From Takakia lepidozioides (taxonomy: Eukaryota > Plantae > Bryophyta): a stretch of 64,000 nt of DNA. The notes under the pieces are model-generated. The model saw only the letters and a program-made list of their open reading frames with translations. It had not been told where the DNA came from and searched no databases. The position numbers were made by a program, and so were the translations under genes. The stretch is taken from NCBI GenBank assembly GCA_030704615.1, contig CM060732.1, positions 36,208,001 to 36,272,000 of the forward strand, written 5' to 3'. Positions 12,145 to 25,412 of the stretch are shown here, in pieces. The first letter of the stretch is position 1, and every line of letters starts with the position of its first letter.

Positions 12145-14526
12145 TCATGCCTGCATAAAAGTCCTTTGAACAATGTCTTGCTGGAAGGGGATGTACAAAA
12201 TCTCCTCTTGCAGCTGCACACCCAACCTATCATGGACTTGCTGCTTGACCAATTCAACCAGAGCCCGCATGTCCTGTGACTTCGAAGCACCTTCATTGAC
12301 CAAAAAGTTGGCATGAATATCTGAAACCCTGGCAGCCCCGACGGACAGTCCCTTAAGTCCTGCCTGATCTATCAGTGCACCTGCTGACAGGCAGCCTGCT
12401 CCCGGATTACGAAACACACACCCTGCGGTCCGTGCTGTTACTGGCTGTGTTCTCTTCCTCCTTTTCCAGTACAAGTGTGGAAACAGTGAAACCATAGAGT
12501 CAGAAATGGGAGAGAAAAATAGCAAATATTGGTGTGACACGTTCACAACACACTGAGGATTGAAAGATCTTCAGGGGCAGATTGCATATTGTGAAGAACT
12601 CTGCGTTTACTAGGAACTGAGAGTCAACAGATAAATTACCTGTCCATGTACACTCTCTGCCATTGTCGGGCAGTTGTGCACGCCTTCAGCTCAAACGTGC
12701 CTGCCACAATTACTGCTACATCCTGCATCTTCTGGAATGGGGATGATCGGTAACCAAAAGCTAGCTCTCCTCTGTCTTTAGTTAGAATGCGCTGGTCTCC
12801 CTCCGCAGTCACAAACTCCACAGACTGTAGTACACCTCCAGTTTCCTACACTAACCAATCAAAGCTGTCACACAGTCAGGGTAGCAGCCACAGATAGGCG
12901 CACTCTGTGAAAATGCAAGAGACAACTAGTTGATAGCATGAAAATGGATGCAATGGTAAGCTTGAGAAACAGACTGACCAACAGCTTGAGGTCCTCTGCA
13001 AAGTCTCAAGCCCCATGTAAGAGGATACTGTTTTCCTCTGGGTGTAGATACACCGGGACATCTACATTTCTCTGGCTGGCCTCCACCACTGCTTGTGGAA
13101 CTGCACAAATGGACAAATCTCCAGCTAAGCATTCCCTCCCATAGTCAAGAGAGAAGTGGACAGATGACTCATGCTTGGCTTAAATCAATGCTGAAATCAG
13201 ACAGAAGAAAGTAAGGGTGGCAAAAAATAAACCTGCCCCTCGGCACCAGCATTCATGAAGATAGCACCACCCACTGTGCCTGGGATGCCGCAGGCAAACT
13301 CAAGGCCAGAAAAGCCATCTCGAGCACTGCAGATGCCCAATAGATTAAAGGCATAGCCACTGCCCACACGATACACTCCATTGCTGCCGCATTCCACAAA
13401 GTCAATGCGATTGTGTATAATACAACCATCAAATCCGCGGTCGTCAAACAAGCAATTTGAACCTTTTCCCACCACAAACCAGCGCAGGTTCTGGGTTCGG
13501 CAGTACCTGCCCATCACAGTTCTTAGAACCCCAACTTTCATTATGTATTGGAACACATCTAAGCTGTACATAGAACTCAGTTTTCAAGTGTACAGTCAAG
13601 CTAGGACTCTGGTAAAACTAGCTTACATCTTTCTCTGGTCTGGCACTAGATATGCATAGTATTTTGGAAGGAAATCATTGATCTGTGCATGCATTCGAGA
13701 AGGAAGGAGGAATACTTCGCTCCCACAATTTCGACACTCGGTACAATGGGGAGGCAACTATGAAGTGAGTTATGTACAGGTGTTAGCTTTCTTTCTGAAT
13801 TCCACCTTTGGGAATTGATGCTTATGACATTGCTGAGTGTCCTTCATTATGCTTGCGTCGTAGTAACAGACACTCCTCTGCTTGTCATTCTTTGCAGTAT
13901 GTAATGCACTGAAACTACCATCATTCTTAAGGAAGTAACTAAACCCCCCGGTTGGGTTCATACTTTGCTAACAAAAAAACAATCATCCTTCGATTAAACC
14001 CAGTACAATGCTGTTAGCTGTCTGTTCCAAGGCCGAACATTTCGGGTTGGACGACCTTAGAAAACCCCCTACCTTCCATATACCCCTATCTTCCTTCTGT
14101 AAACTACTGTGAACCTCTCCCTGTCCTTTCAAATCCAAGAGGTGGAAGGACTGCAGCAAACCTTAGAACAGAGGCCAACTCGAGGGGGTCATGCACCTCC
14201 ACAAAGAGCTTGGCTGGGCCACCTATGCCCCAGGTGCACACTTCTCTTAATGGCTTCCCGTATGTGAACTTAGGACACGGCTCTCCCCCTGCCTCAACCA
14301 CAATCGCTGATGGAGCCCCCCCCACGCCATTTCGACGCACGACTGACTCCTGCTTCCTATCAGAGACCTGAAGAATTGTCGCCAATTCCCTCAAGCGTGG
14401 CCTGCTGCGAAGTCCTTTCTGTCTGCTGTAACCTCCTAGTGGTGAACCTCCAGCCTGCACAGCATGTCCCGCGGTCTGTGCAGTGATATCCCACACCGCT
14501 GGAGCCCATGCTGTGCAAACATCCAT
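12145..14526 (-). CDS. murB: UDP-N-acetylenolpyruvoylglucosamine reductase with N-terminal extension (putative plastid transit peptide). Exons 14526-14162, 13506-13233, 12845-12640, 12460-12145
   Basis: Motifs TWGIGGPA, GKGSNCLF, GLEFACGIPGTVGGAIFMNAGA, FGYRSSPF, TQP..TAGCVFRNP, SAGALIDQAGLKG, HANFLVN, GVQLQEE. Three GT-AG introns with consistent phase. Confidence 0.95.
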
Positions 14527-15038
14527 TCTTTCTTTCTTCAACTCGCCAGCGACCTTCGGATCATGCTTCACCACCAACAGTCCACAACCCACACTGCATG
14601 AGCGTTCCCGATTCACAACCCAATCTCAACTCTGCCGAATTCTTCAAAATGTAAGCTACATGTGGGATGAGTGAGATGTTACACGGCAAGACTACATTGT
14701 ACAAATCCCAGGAAGAAAAATGGCGGGTTTCATTGTCTATGACGTCTCCAGCCAAGATACCTCAATGCCAAGACGTGGGAGGAGATTAATAAGAATTAGC
14801 AGAGCTACTCCATCCTGTCGGACCTCCGTCTCAGTTTCTAGTACTCAACCTACACTACTTCGCTTGTAACCTAATTAGTGCCCAACCGGCAGGGACCACC
14901 ACTGTGACAGTAGCAAGACAGATACTACTTTTTGGCCCTGCCTTCTCAAGGCAGGACTACGCAAAGGGTTCAGCCCCGCTTTTGCCCCTTTTCTTTTCGT
15001 TTTTCTTCGATTTACTCTTCCAATTCCATCGAGACAGT

Positions 15039-15581
15039 TGTAGAGCTGGGATTCCTTCTCACCTTACTTTTCGACATGGATGAATGGAGGAGGGATGCGC
15101 TCCGGATGATTTTAAGGGATGGACGAAGCCAGGATGAAGGCTGGATAGACTTACACCTTGCACATAAGGATGAGCTGGCAACAGCTGATGGCTTTATTAG
15201 GGGCTGTCTTATTCTAACAGCTAGTTTAGGATCAGATTAGGATGGGACTGGGTGATTTGGTTTCTTTCTATGGCTGTGCTGGAAGGGCATCTGGTGGACC
15301 TATGTGTAAGTGCCACACGGCACTAGGATTAGATTATGACCTAATACTATTTAAACCTCACTGCCGTGGCAGTGGTGGTGGTGGCTTTTGGGTCTTACGC
15401 GAGCGTACGTTGGGCGTAACGGTGTGCTTGAGTGGTTGGATGAAAGTGTTTGGAGGTTTGCGTCTGTGGTGTCCTCTTAGTAAGATTCCGTCTTCTTTGC
15501 CAGGCCCATCTACTGACTACAGTCCCCAGATAAGGTCAAGTCTGATAGAGGAAGGGGAACAAACCCATAGCGCCGGAATCA
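15039..15581 (+). repeat. 5' LTR of element A
   Basis: TGTAGAGC...GGAATCA; direct repeat of 58255-58796 (about 27 differences counted by eye, ~95% identity). TATA-like TATTTAAA inside. Confidence 0.92.
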
Positions 15582-15597
15582 TGGTGGAGATGCGGGG
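15582..15597 (+). promoter_or_regulatory. Primer-binding site, probably tRNA-Ala
   Basis: TGGTGGAGATGCGGGG directly after the LTR, complementary to a ...CCCCGCAUCUCCACCA tRNA-Ala-type 3' end. Confidence 0.75.
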
Positions 15598-15789
15598 TAA
15601 CTAAAATCGTTGACAGAGGATTTAATGGGTACGGAGCACCTGAGAACAGTAGATTGGGTACGGGGATCTTGCATGATTGCAGGGAGAGGTGTGGCAAAAT
15701 GGCGGCTGTTGTCTCGCACGCAGAGAGAGAGAGAAAGAGTTTGTCTGCTCGTGTTTTTTTGTGTTTTGAGAGTTTGGCAAACAAGCACG

Positions 15790-16708
15790 ATGGCTTCTAG
15801 TTCTGAACGTGGTTGATTTGAGCTTGATCAATTCAAGGTCCCGCGATTGAAGCAGACTCTGGCGTTGGAATCTCGCTACATTTGCGAGCTTGCACGCAAC
15901 CTATTGCCTGAGCAGTTGGTTTTTGTTGATTACCCGGAGGGAGAACCTCTTCCGCGCCCTGAGCTCCCGTTGGACACGCCCTCAGAGTTCTGGGCCAAAA
16001 CCTTTGAGGAAACTGTGCGCAATGAAGCCTGCAAGCCCATACGCACCAAAGCAGAGCAGCGGGAACAGAGCAGGCGCATTCGTGAATCTCTTCAAGGAGC
16101 CTATGCTGCACGCCTGCTCCTCAAACTTCATTCCAGGGAAGTCACTCTGCAAATCCCTCTTGCTAGTGCCAAGGAGCAGTTGGAAAGCGGTGAGAAGCTT
16201 AGCTGGGCTGTCTTGGGCATTCCACAATTCTCTGTGAGTAGGGAATTGGGTGTGGAGCTTGAGAGCTTCCTGCCTCCTGACAAGTCGAGCCCTTTGCGGT
16301 TGTGGGAACTAGTTGAGGGGGGAACATCTATCCTGCTTGCTAATTTAAGGCTTCGAGTCCCGCCAGCCCCTACCCGGGATCCCACTTGGAGAGCTCATCA
16401 CATGTATCCCTGACTCTGAATTTCCTTTTTGTCCCAGTGATGTGTTGATCTTTCCAGGGGTGTGTTTTCAGCGTGAAACAGTAGGTCTCTACAAGGCCGA
16501 AGAAGCGCAGACATATCTTGCCCACACGCTGCTGGTGAAAGAGAAAGTAGTGCGCAACATCGTGCACGTGGCTTTTTGGCTCAAGGGTGAAGAAGAACTG
16601 TGGGCATTCTTGGGAGAAGGAGTGTACCTACTACACAAGCACCGCTTCATCACCTCCCACTGTGTGTCTGGGTGGGACTCACAGCTTAGTGCTCCTTCGG
16701 ACAGGTAG
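15790..16708 (+). pseudogene. Extra ORF upstream of gag in element A (unknown function, disrupted)
   Basis: ATG at 15790 is in frame with ORF 15847-16413 apart from one TGA (likely from CGA). It appears to continue by frameshift into 16442-16708 and ends just before the gag ATG at 16727. Confidence 0.55.
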
Positions 16709-16726
16709 CCATGTCCTTCTCTTCTC

Positions 16727-19700
16727 ATGCCTGTATTTACAAGATCTAAGCTAGAAAAGGAAGCAGAAGAGACAATGGGACTAAGTGAGTTGGAAAAACG
16801 TGCAGCGGAAGAGAGGGAAGAGATAGCAACTAATGAAAAGAATAGTATGGAAAGGGGAGAGTCGTCCGGAGATCACAAAGATCCGGCGACTGTGCCTCAG
16901 CCCACATTTGATTTGGACGAGTTGTGTGAAGCCATGGGGGTGATTTCAAATTGCCCCCCCCCCCTTTTGAAGATGTTGCTGAAACAATCTGCAGTTCCGG
17001 ACACTACTCCACGAAAATTTGATCATGGAGAGCGAATGCATAAGCAGCAATACCTTGAGTACAACTTAGGAGAGGATTTTGAGTCCTTCTTGGAATTTTT
17101 TGAAATTAGCACTGAAATGAATGGAGTTCCCCCATGATTCCAAGTCAAGTCCTTTCGGATTTGTCTCAAGGGAGAAGCCAGGCAACTGTTTGAGTCCAAC
17201 ATTAAGGACAAAAATGATCTTACGTGGGTCAAAGCCAGAGAGTTGGCTCGCAAGCTCTTTCGTGAAGAAAAGCCCATAGCTTACACCACACCAAACTTAA
17301 AATTTCATTATGGCGACAGTGTGTGGAAATACTACACTGATTTACGAACTGCAATTTGTAAGTCGATTTTGATTGCATCAGAGAGACCTGCTATTTTGAA
17401 ACATTGTTTTGTAAAGGGCTTGCCCCCTGCTGAGAAAGTGTTTATGCAAAAACAGACTTACACCATTGAAGATGAGATGGTGGAATTGATTGAAGAAAGG
17501 TTACGTCTCAAAGTTGCTAAGGCAGGCCTGTCTAAAATTGCCACCACGAAACACACTCATCTAACTAGTGAGAGTCACTGTGTAGAGCCTACTGATGGGG
17601 ACCCTGTGGTGAAAGATATCGCAGCAAATCTGGTCCCTTCCATTGTGCATGAGTTATCATCTTTCCGATGAAATCCAGGGAGAACTGCAAGCCTTCAAAG
17701 CTGAGGTAGGCTGGAATCCTGCAGTCCCTGCCAGATCGGGGCCTCAAGGTAAAGCCCATGCTGGCATGCGTCATGACACCAGACCTCAGTGGTGGCTTGC
17801 ATGATTTGCAAGTCCACCAAGCATTACACCAGGTGGTGCCCTTATGGTCAATCTGACTTGCCTGCCTTGATTGAACAGTTACAAAGGGACAAAAAACAGC
17901 AAGGTCCTTTAAACGAACCAGGTCGTCTGTGAGGGTGCCAGATGACCATGGTAAGAACCCCAGAACGCTGGCAAGTGCTGTTCTTTTTTGTGATTTCAAA
18001 CTCATGCATTGTGAGCCCTATAAACGTCTCAATCGAGACCGTATCCACCCATTGATGACACAATGTCACGTAGGCCACCTTTCCTTTCCATGTGTTATTG
18101 ATATTGGCTGTACCATGTCTGCCATTCCACTTAGTACAGTTCGCATTCTTGGATTAAAGATTACCTCTGCTCATGGCCTTGTGGTTGCCATAGCTGATGG
18201 CACGGCTTATGAACCTATTGGGCTAGTCACCTTACCTATCCGCATTAGTGGGAAAACTGTCTTGCTGACCTGCATTGTCACCATGGATGAACAAGTTTTG
18301 CTGGGTCTGGATTGGATGAAGGGTGCAGAGGCCAGCATTGATATCATGAATAGTTTGATGTGTCTTCACAATGGTGAAGGGCAACCCTACAAGGTGCATC
18401 TAAACCATGTTACTATTGTTGCTGTGACCTCTATGGCCAACTATTCTCGTCTCAAGCTTCAAGCTGAGCAGATGAAGGAGCAAGTGGGTTTGCATTATAA
18501 TTGGGCCAAGTTCAGCCAGTTCCACCCACTTGGTGATACCTTGTACCAATGGCATTTCCCTCCTCCAGGTAAGAAGTCTGGACCTCCCCTGCCCGTGGCA
18601 AAGAATTCCCTTTTGCTACGTTCTCCTATTGACTTCATCATCCCTGCTTTTTCTCAGCGCATAGTACCTACAGGTCTAGCTTTTGCTTGCCCTGCATGTC
18701 ATTTCATTGAGATTGCGGGCTGGAAGAAACATACCCTCCAGAAGCACTGTCTGGTTGCTTCTGGGGTTTTAGACAGGGGTTTCAAGGGAGAGGTCAGGTT
18801 ACTGATTGCTAATCCTGAACGTATCAGCATCAGTGTCCGTAAGGGTCAGGTCCTTGCTAGGCTCATTACTACTCCTTTGTCTGAGCTGACCTCTGTTCAG
18901 AAAGGTCTCAGTCTTCATGATATTGGGCTGGTGGACTCCCCTGTTGACCAACTCTAGGCGTTTGCCTCTCATTCTGGTTCCATTGACAAAGGCCCGCTTA
19001 CTCCTGAGGCAGAACAACATTTCCAGCAAGTATTAAAGGATATCAAGGTAGGTGGTCACCTTGCTCCCCAGCAGATTAGTCGCATGCACCAGTTTCTACG
19101 TGACAATCTCGACATCTTTAGTCAAGGGCTTCATGACTTGGGCCGCACCCACCTTTTGGATCATGACATCATCACGGATGGTAAGCCTATCAAACAACAT
19201 GCCTACAGGGAGAGTGTCCGTGAGCGCAAGGTCATTCAGGATGAGATTACACAAATGTTTGATGATGGTGTAATTACCCCCTCCATATCCCCTTGGGCCA
19301 GTCCCATTGTATTGGTGGGTAAGAAGGATGGCTCAACCCATTTTTGCATTGATTTTTGGCGTTTAAATGCCATCACTAAGAGGGATGTTTACCCTTTGCC
19401 ACGCATCAATGAACCGCTAGATCAACTTAATGGGGCCACTATCTTCTCTTCCTTAGATTTAGCCTCTGGCTTTTGGCAAGTACCTTTAACTGCTGCTGCT
19501 AAGGAGAAAACTGCCTTCACCTGCAGGATGGGCCTCTTTCAATTTGAAACCATGCCCTTTGGCCTTTGCAACGCCACTGCCACATTTCAACGCCTTATGG
19601 ATATCGTTTTAGGCAACCTTCGTTGGGAATGTGCCTTGGTTTACATAGATGACATCAATATTTACTCTACGACGTTTGATGCTCATCTATTGGGTTTACA

Positions 19701-20085
19701 GTGGGTTGTGTGCAGACTTCGTGCAGCCAGGCTTAAGGTCAAAGCCAAGAAGTGTGATTTTTGTATGGAACAGCTCCATTTCTTGGGCCATCTGCTTTCT
19801 GCTGTTGGCATCAGTCCTGACCCTGCAAAGATACAAGCTGTGTGGAACTATCCAGCCCCTCGGGATAAAACATGTGTCAAAGCCTTCTTAGGCTTAGGTT
19901 CTTACTATCGTCGCTTCATTTTTCAGTTTGCCAAGTTAGCTGCTCCCCTCACTCGCTTGTTATCCAAGGATGCTCATTTTGTCTGGGGTACTGCTGAAAC
20001 ATCCGCATTCGAGAAGCTCAAAATTGCACTAACTTCTGCTCCTATATATGCTTGCCTATCCTGATTTTACCTTGTCTTTTCTCTT
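16727..20085 (+). pseudogene. gag-protease-dUTPase-reverse transcriptase of element A; stops and frameshifts; cut before RNase H
   Basis: gag-like FESFLEFFE..LKGEA; protease VIDIGC..LLGLDW; dUTPase-like IVPTGL..GVLDRGFKGEV..N..KGQVLARL (18595-18876); RT SPWASPIVLV, LDLASGFWQV, MPFGLCNA, YIDDI, FLGH. Confidence 0.9.
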
Positions 20086-20667
20086 TGTCGTGCACCTAAG
20101 CATCGTGCCACAACATACATTGTTGTCCACCACACAATCTAAGCACACAATCCTAGAAAGCTATACCACAATGGATAAGAGATGAGAAATGAGAGAAGTG
20201 GAAGACAATGAAAACTCTCAAAGCATGAAGCAATCACACTAAGAACAAGCCCTAGTCCTTCCAAGTGAAATCCACTCTATCACATAAAATAAGTCAAGCC
20301 AAGGGCACCCTTGCTAAGGGAATCCACCCCTCAAAGCCCTCAACACACTCCCTCTCAATACTTAGAGCTATGGAGGTGAGAGCTCATGGAGGCTCAACTA
20401 CAAGAAGATGAGCCTCCTCCATCCTCACAAGGGGAAAACCTATCCCCATGTCCCAAGTGAGGCTCGACGCCTCACTTGGCATGTGAGACCAAATGAAGTC
20501 CCAACACACAAAATATAAATATAAATATCTAAAATATCCTAGTTAACTAATTCTAGATAACCATGACTAAAATCATGACAGCTGTCGTGCACCTAAGCAT
20601 CGTGCCATAACATACATCGTTGTCCACCACACAATCTAAGCACACAATCCTAGAAAGCTTTACCACA
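20086..20667 (-). repeat. 3' LTR region of Gypsy remnant G, with an ~85-bp internal duplication (20086-20170 vs 20583-20667)
   Basis: On the minus strand, PPT AGAGGGACTAGGGGGGCGAT is followed by TGTGG at 20667. Ends CACGACA at 20086. The block 20086-20580 has its own TGTC...GACA termini. Confidence 0.65.
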
Positions 20668-20918
20668 ATCGCCCCCCTAGTCCCTCTAACACCGGATAGC
20701 GGACAAGTATCCATCTCAATAAGATCATCGCTTGGTTTTCAATTACACAAGTCCCAGCATCTAAAATCAATAGATCAAGAGGCTGGGTGCAAAAGTAGCC
20801 CCATCATTACTCGCTTTCTTGCAATCCATGGCTTCAATTGGGTGTCCATGGCATTGAACTCCCGTTAGCTAGACCTTGGATCACTTGTCAACCTCACCAC
20901 TGTCACGCCTCACTACCT

Positions 20919-21876
<958 letters not shown>

Positions 21877-21883
21877 GAGACTT

Positions 21884-24011
21884 CTAGTATAGCCAAGGGT
21901 GCTTTGAAGCTTGAAAGAAACACAGGCTGATCTCCACGCCTCGCATGTTCTGGAGCATCTCCCCCATCCTCTCTTCCACTATTAGGTTCTTCGTGAGGCC
22001 AGCGTCAACATCATCTTCGGCGTCTGCCTCTCCCTCGGATGCAGTGTCCTCCTCATCTGTTCTTGGAACTATGGCATGCTGCTGTTCTTCTCCGGATTCC
22101 TGCTCTTCCATCGCCAAACTTTCCTCTTTGCCCTCTTCTTCCGCCTTTTCCTCTTCGGCCACTCTTTCCATCCTCATTCTATATCTGGCTCTATTCCTGT
22201 TTCTAGAGCTCATGAAGTATAATGACTTCCTTCTCTTCCTCCTCCGCTGGAAACAAGGGCTCCCCACGATGCCTCTAGAGCTCTCCAGTTTGACGTTTGC
22301 AACAAGGGTTGCTATTGCATGTAACCAAAATCAAAATTGGACATTGTCAACCGTATTTGGATGCAGGTGTTGTTATTGTGTGTTGTAATAACAATTCTCA
22401 GTAGAATGGTTATCCATTTTACAGATAGTACAGTGTTTCTCCTTCATGTGGCATTCAGCTGTGGTATGGCCTTCATTCTGGCATTTTGCACACCAAACAC
22501 CCTTCCTCCAATGTGTTGCAGCCTCTGTAGCATACTTTTTCAAGATCTCCTCCAGTCTTTTCTCATAATTTTCCCTTTTCAACTTTTCCTTCTTCTTACT
22601 CTTCATTTTGAGCTCTTGCTCTTCTTCCTCATCTGACTTATCCTCAGAGTCCTCATCATCCCTTTTATCTCTTCTGAGCATTCCCAATTGCTCAATCATG
22701 TTGGCTGTTTCAAATGCCTCCTCCATTGTATTATGGGGTAACATATCCACTTTCTTTTGCAACTCTGGTCTTAGTCCACTTACAAATCAGGTCTTCTGTA
22801 ACCCTGGCGCTGGTACAGCAGCCAGTTTTTTCATCATTAATTCCATCTTTTCCATGTAGACTCAACAGTTTTCATGCTTCTTTTGCCTTAACTATTGTAA
22901 ACTTCCATACACTTCATCCTCAGTTTTGCTTGTCCTGAACCTGTTTCGGAATGCTGTACTAAGGCCATTCCAGGTTAGGAAATGATTATCTGGAAATCTT
23001 GCATACCATTCACTTGCTTTCTTGATAAGTGAACAAGGAAACAGTCTCATCTTGGCATCATCGCCATTCTCATTGTTCACAATACATATGTGCTCAAATT
23101 GGCTAATGTGTACATCAGGATCCCCTTTCCCTACGTATATTGGAAAAGGTGGTTTTGCCCGTGTTGGAGGTACCGCCATCTGTGGCCCTACACCCTGCCC
23201 ACTGAGGTGCTGGTCCTCCTGTTTGTGCTGGTCCTTGAGGACCTGTTGTTGTAGTGGTGGATCTTCCACCAGATGCTGGCCCTTGAGCACTCCCTGTTAC
23301 TGGCCCCACTGTATTCTCAGTATCCCCAGCTCCAGTTGCACTACTTCCCACACTCCCTGTCCCCCCAGAGCCAGATCCAAGCAGCCCGCCTGATCCTCCT
23401 GAGCCGACACCTTCGTTGGCCTGTGATCCAAATGCTCCACTTGATCCAGGTCCAACAAGTTGGGATGTCCTGGTTGTAGCCTCAACCTCAACTGTTGGGT
23501 CTACTTCTTCATACTCTTCATCTTCCAATTTCTTCTCTCTGTTTTCATCTTCCAAGTTCTGCCCTTGGGTTTCTTCTTCTTCACTCATGTAACTCAATTG
23601 CAATGGTGTTGGAGAGTTTGAACTCTCCGTTGGCTCTGCCACATCCTCCCCTCCTTCTTTGTCTTCCGTTTCAGAAATTGGAGTTCCTGCTTTTGGTGTT
23701 CCATGCCAACTCTTATCAAAGATTTCTGTCAAATCTTTTATCCAGGGATGTACCTCAGATCTCTCCCCTCGTGGCTAATCTTCTTCCTGTACCAAATCCC
23801 TTAATCTTTCTTGTAAAGAATAAGAAGGAGTGGCATCCAACTCTGGTTCCTCCGGTACGGGTGATGTACTCTCCGATCTTAATGGTGTGAGAGGTCCAGA
23901 TGACTCCCCTATGTCTATTCCTCTCTCCTTAAGATATGGATAATTAGCTTTCAAATAACTTTTTCTTTTTGCTGAATATCTTTGAAGTCTAGCTTCTCTT
24001 TCATCACTCAT
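21884..24011 (-). pseudogene. Retrotransposon gag with two zinc knuckles plus a downstream charged ORF; no pol (element F)
   Basis: FPIYVGKGDPDVHISQFE..MRLFPCSL..ASEWY..LTWNGLSTAFRNRF; CAKCQNEGHTTAEC and CTICKMDNHSTENC; frameshifted. Confidence 0.8.
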
Positions 24012-24254
24012 GTCCTATGTCTTTCATATCTTCAATGAGGCAATAACCAAAACTCTCTTCTGTAGTATCTCTCGTATATGCAAAGGGTCCCTGGCGATTG
24101 GGGAGTCTTCTGGAGCAGCCAAAAAAAAGGTACAAACTTTGAAACCCACCTTTGTGCTTCATTGCTGATGTGAACCCAAGTTGAGATTCTATTTCGATAT
24201 GAACATAGTCTACACACGGCATCTCTGCTAGTTTGCATCAACCGTGAACAAGAA

Positions 24255-25312
24255 GCTCAAACAGTGTGCGTTGAAAGCTGCCAGGAATGTGATGATTGAT
24301 CCTCAAATACATGCCGTTTATGGCCGTTTTTCAGATGAAAAGCAATGACAAGGTGAAACAGTGTGCGTTGACGCACACTGTTTGAGCTGCTAGGAATGTG
24401 ATGATTGATCCTCAAATACATGCCGTTTGTGGCCGTTTTTTATATGAAAAATCAATGAGAAGGTGGGCTCAAACAGTGTGCGTCAACGCACACTGTTTGA
24501 GCTAACCTTATCATTGCCTTTTTGGTTTGAAAATCGGCCACATAGGGCATGTCTCTGAGGATCAATGAACACTTATCTGGCAGCTCAAACAGTGTGCGTT
24601 GGCGCACACTGTTTGAACCCACCTTCTCATTGATTTTTCATCTGAAAAACGGCCACAAACGGCATGTATTTGAGGATCAATCATCACATTCCTGGCAGCT
24701 CAAATAGTGTGCGTCAACGCACAATGTTTGAGCTCACCTTGTCGTTGCCTTTGTCATCTGAAAATCGGCCACATAGGGTATGAATTTGAGGATCAATCAT
24801 CACTTACTTGGCAGCTCAAACAGTGTGCGTTGGCGCACACTGTTTGAGCCCACCTTCTCATTGATTTTTCATCTGAAAAACGGCCACAAATGGCATGTAT
24901 TTGAGGATCAATCATCACATTCCTGGCAGCTCAAACAGTGTGCGTCAATGCACATTGTTTGAGCTCACATTGTCATTGCCTTTGTCATCTGAAAATCGGC
25001 CACATAGGGTATGTATTTGAGGATCAATCATCACTTATCTGGCAGCTCAAACAGTGTGCGTCAACGCACACTGTTTGAGCCCACCTTGTTACTGTTTTTT
25101 CCCTATGAAATTCGGCAATACAGGGCATGTCTCTGAGGTTCAATGAACACTTACCTTGCAGCTCGAACAGTGTGCGTCAACGCACACTGTTTGAGCTCAC
25201 AATTTCATTGTTTTTTTCATCTGAAAATCGGCCACTAAGGGCTTCTCTTTGAGGTTCAATGAACACTTACCTTGCAGCTCAAACAGTGTGCGTCAATGCA
25301 CACTGTTTGAGC
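24255..25312. repeat. Tandem array, ~115-116-bp period, each unit built on the 36-bp inverted repeat GCTCAAACAGTGTGCG-NNNN-CGCACACTGTTTGAGC
   Basis: Full copies start at 24467, 24583, 24698, 24814, 24929, 25045, 25161, 25277; partial copies at 24255 and 24356. Spacers are homologous to each other. Confidence 0.97.
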
Positions 25313-25412
25313 TCACCTTTTCTTCCATACATGGCCTGTCTGCCATGCTCAAACACCATCGTCTCATGCCTCACTCTTATATCAATTTGAATGAACAACC
25401 TTGCAGGAGAAG

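Noticed and set aside
11487-12314. 275-aa ORF overlapping the murB 3' end
   Set aside because: Alternative frame plus 3' UTR; no protein-like features recognised.
12145-14526. Bacterial contamination suggested by murB and the ParB/MTase motifs
   Set aside because: These genes have spliceosomal introns and sit among plant genes and plant LTR elements.
15582-15597. tRNA gene
   Set aside because: Only a 16-nt complement of a tRNA 3' end next to an LTR, i.e. a PBS.
14932-15604. ORFs duplicated at 58148-58840
   Set aside because: They lie within the LTRs, so the duplication reflects the LTR pair and not a gene.
24255-25312. CRISPR array (36-bp palindromic repeats at regular spacing)
   Set aside because: Spacers are ~80 bp and homologous to one another, orientation flips mid-array, there are no cas genes, and the context is eukaryotic.
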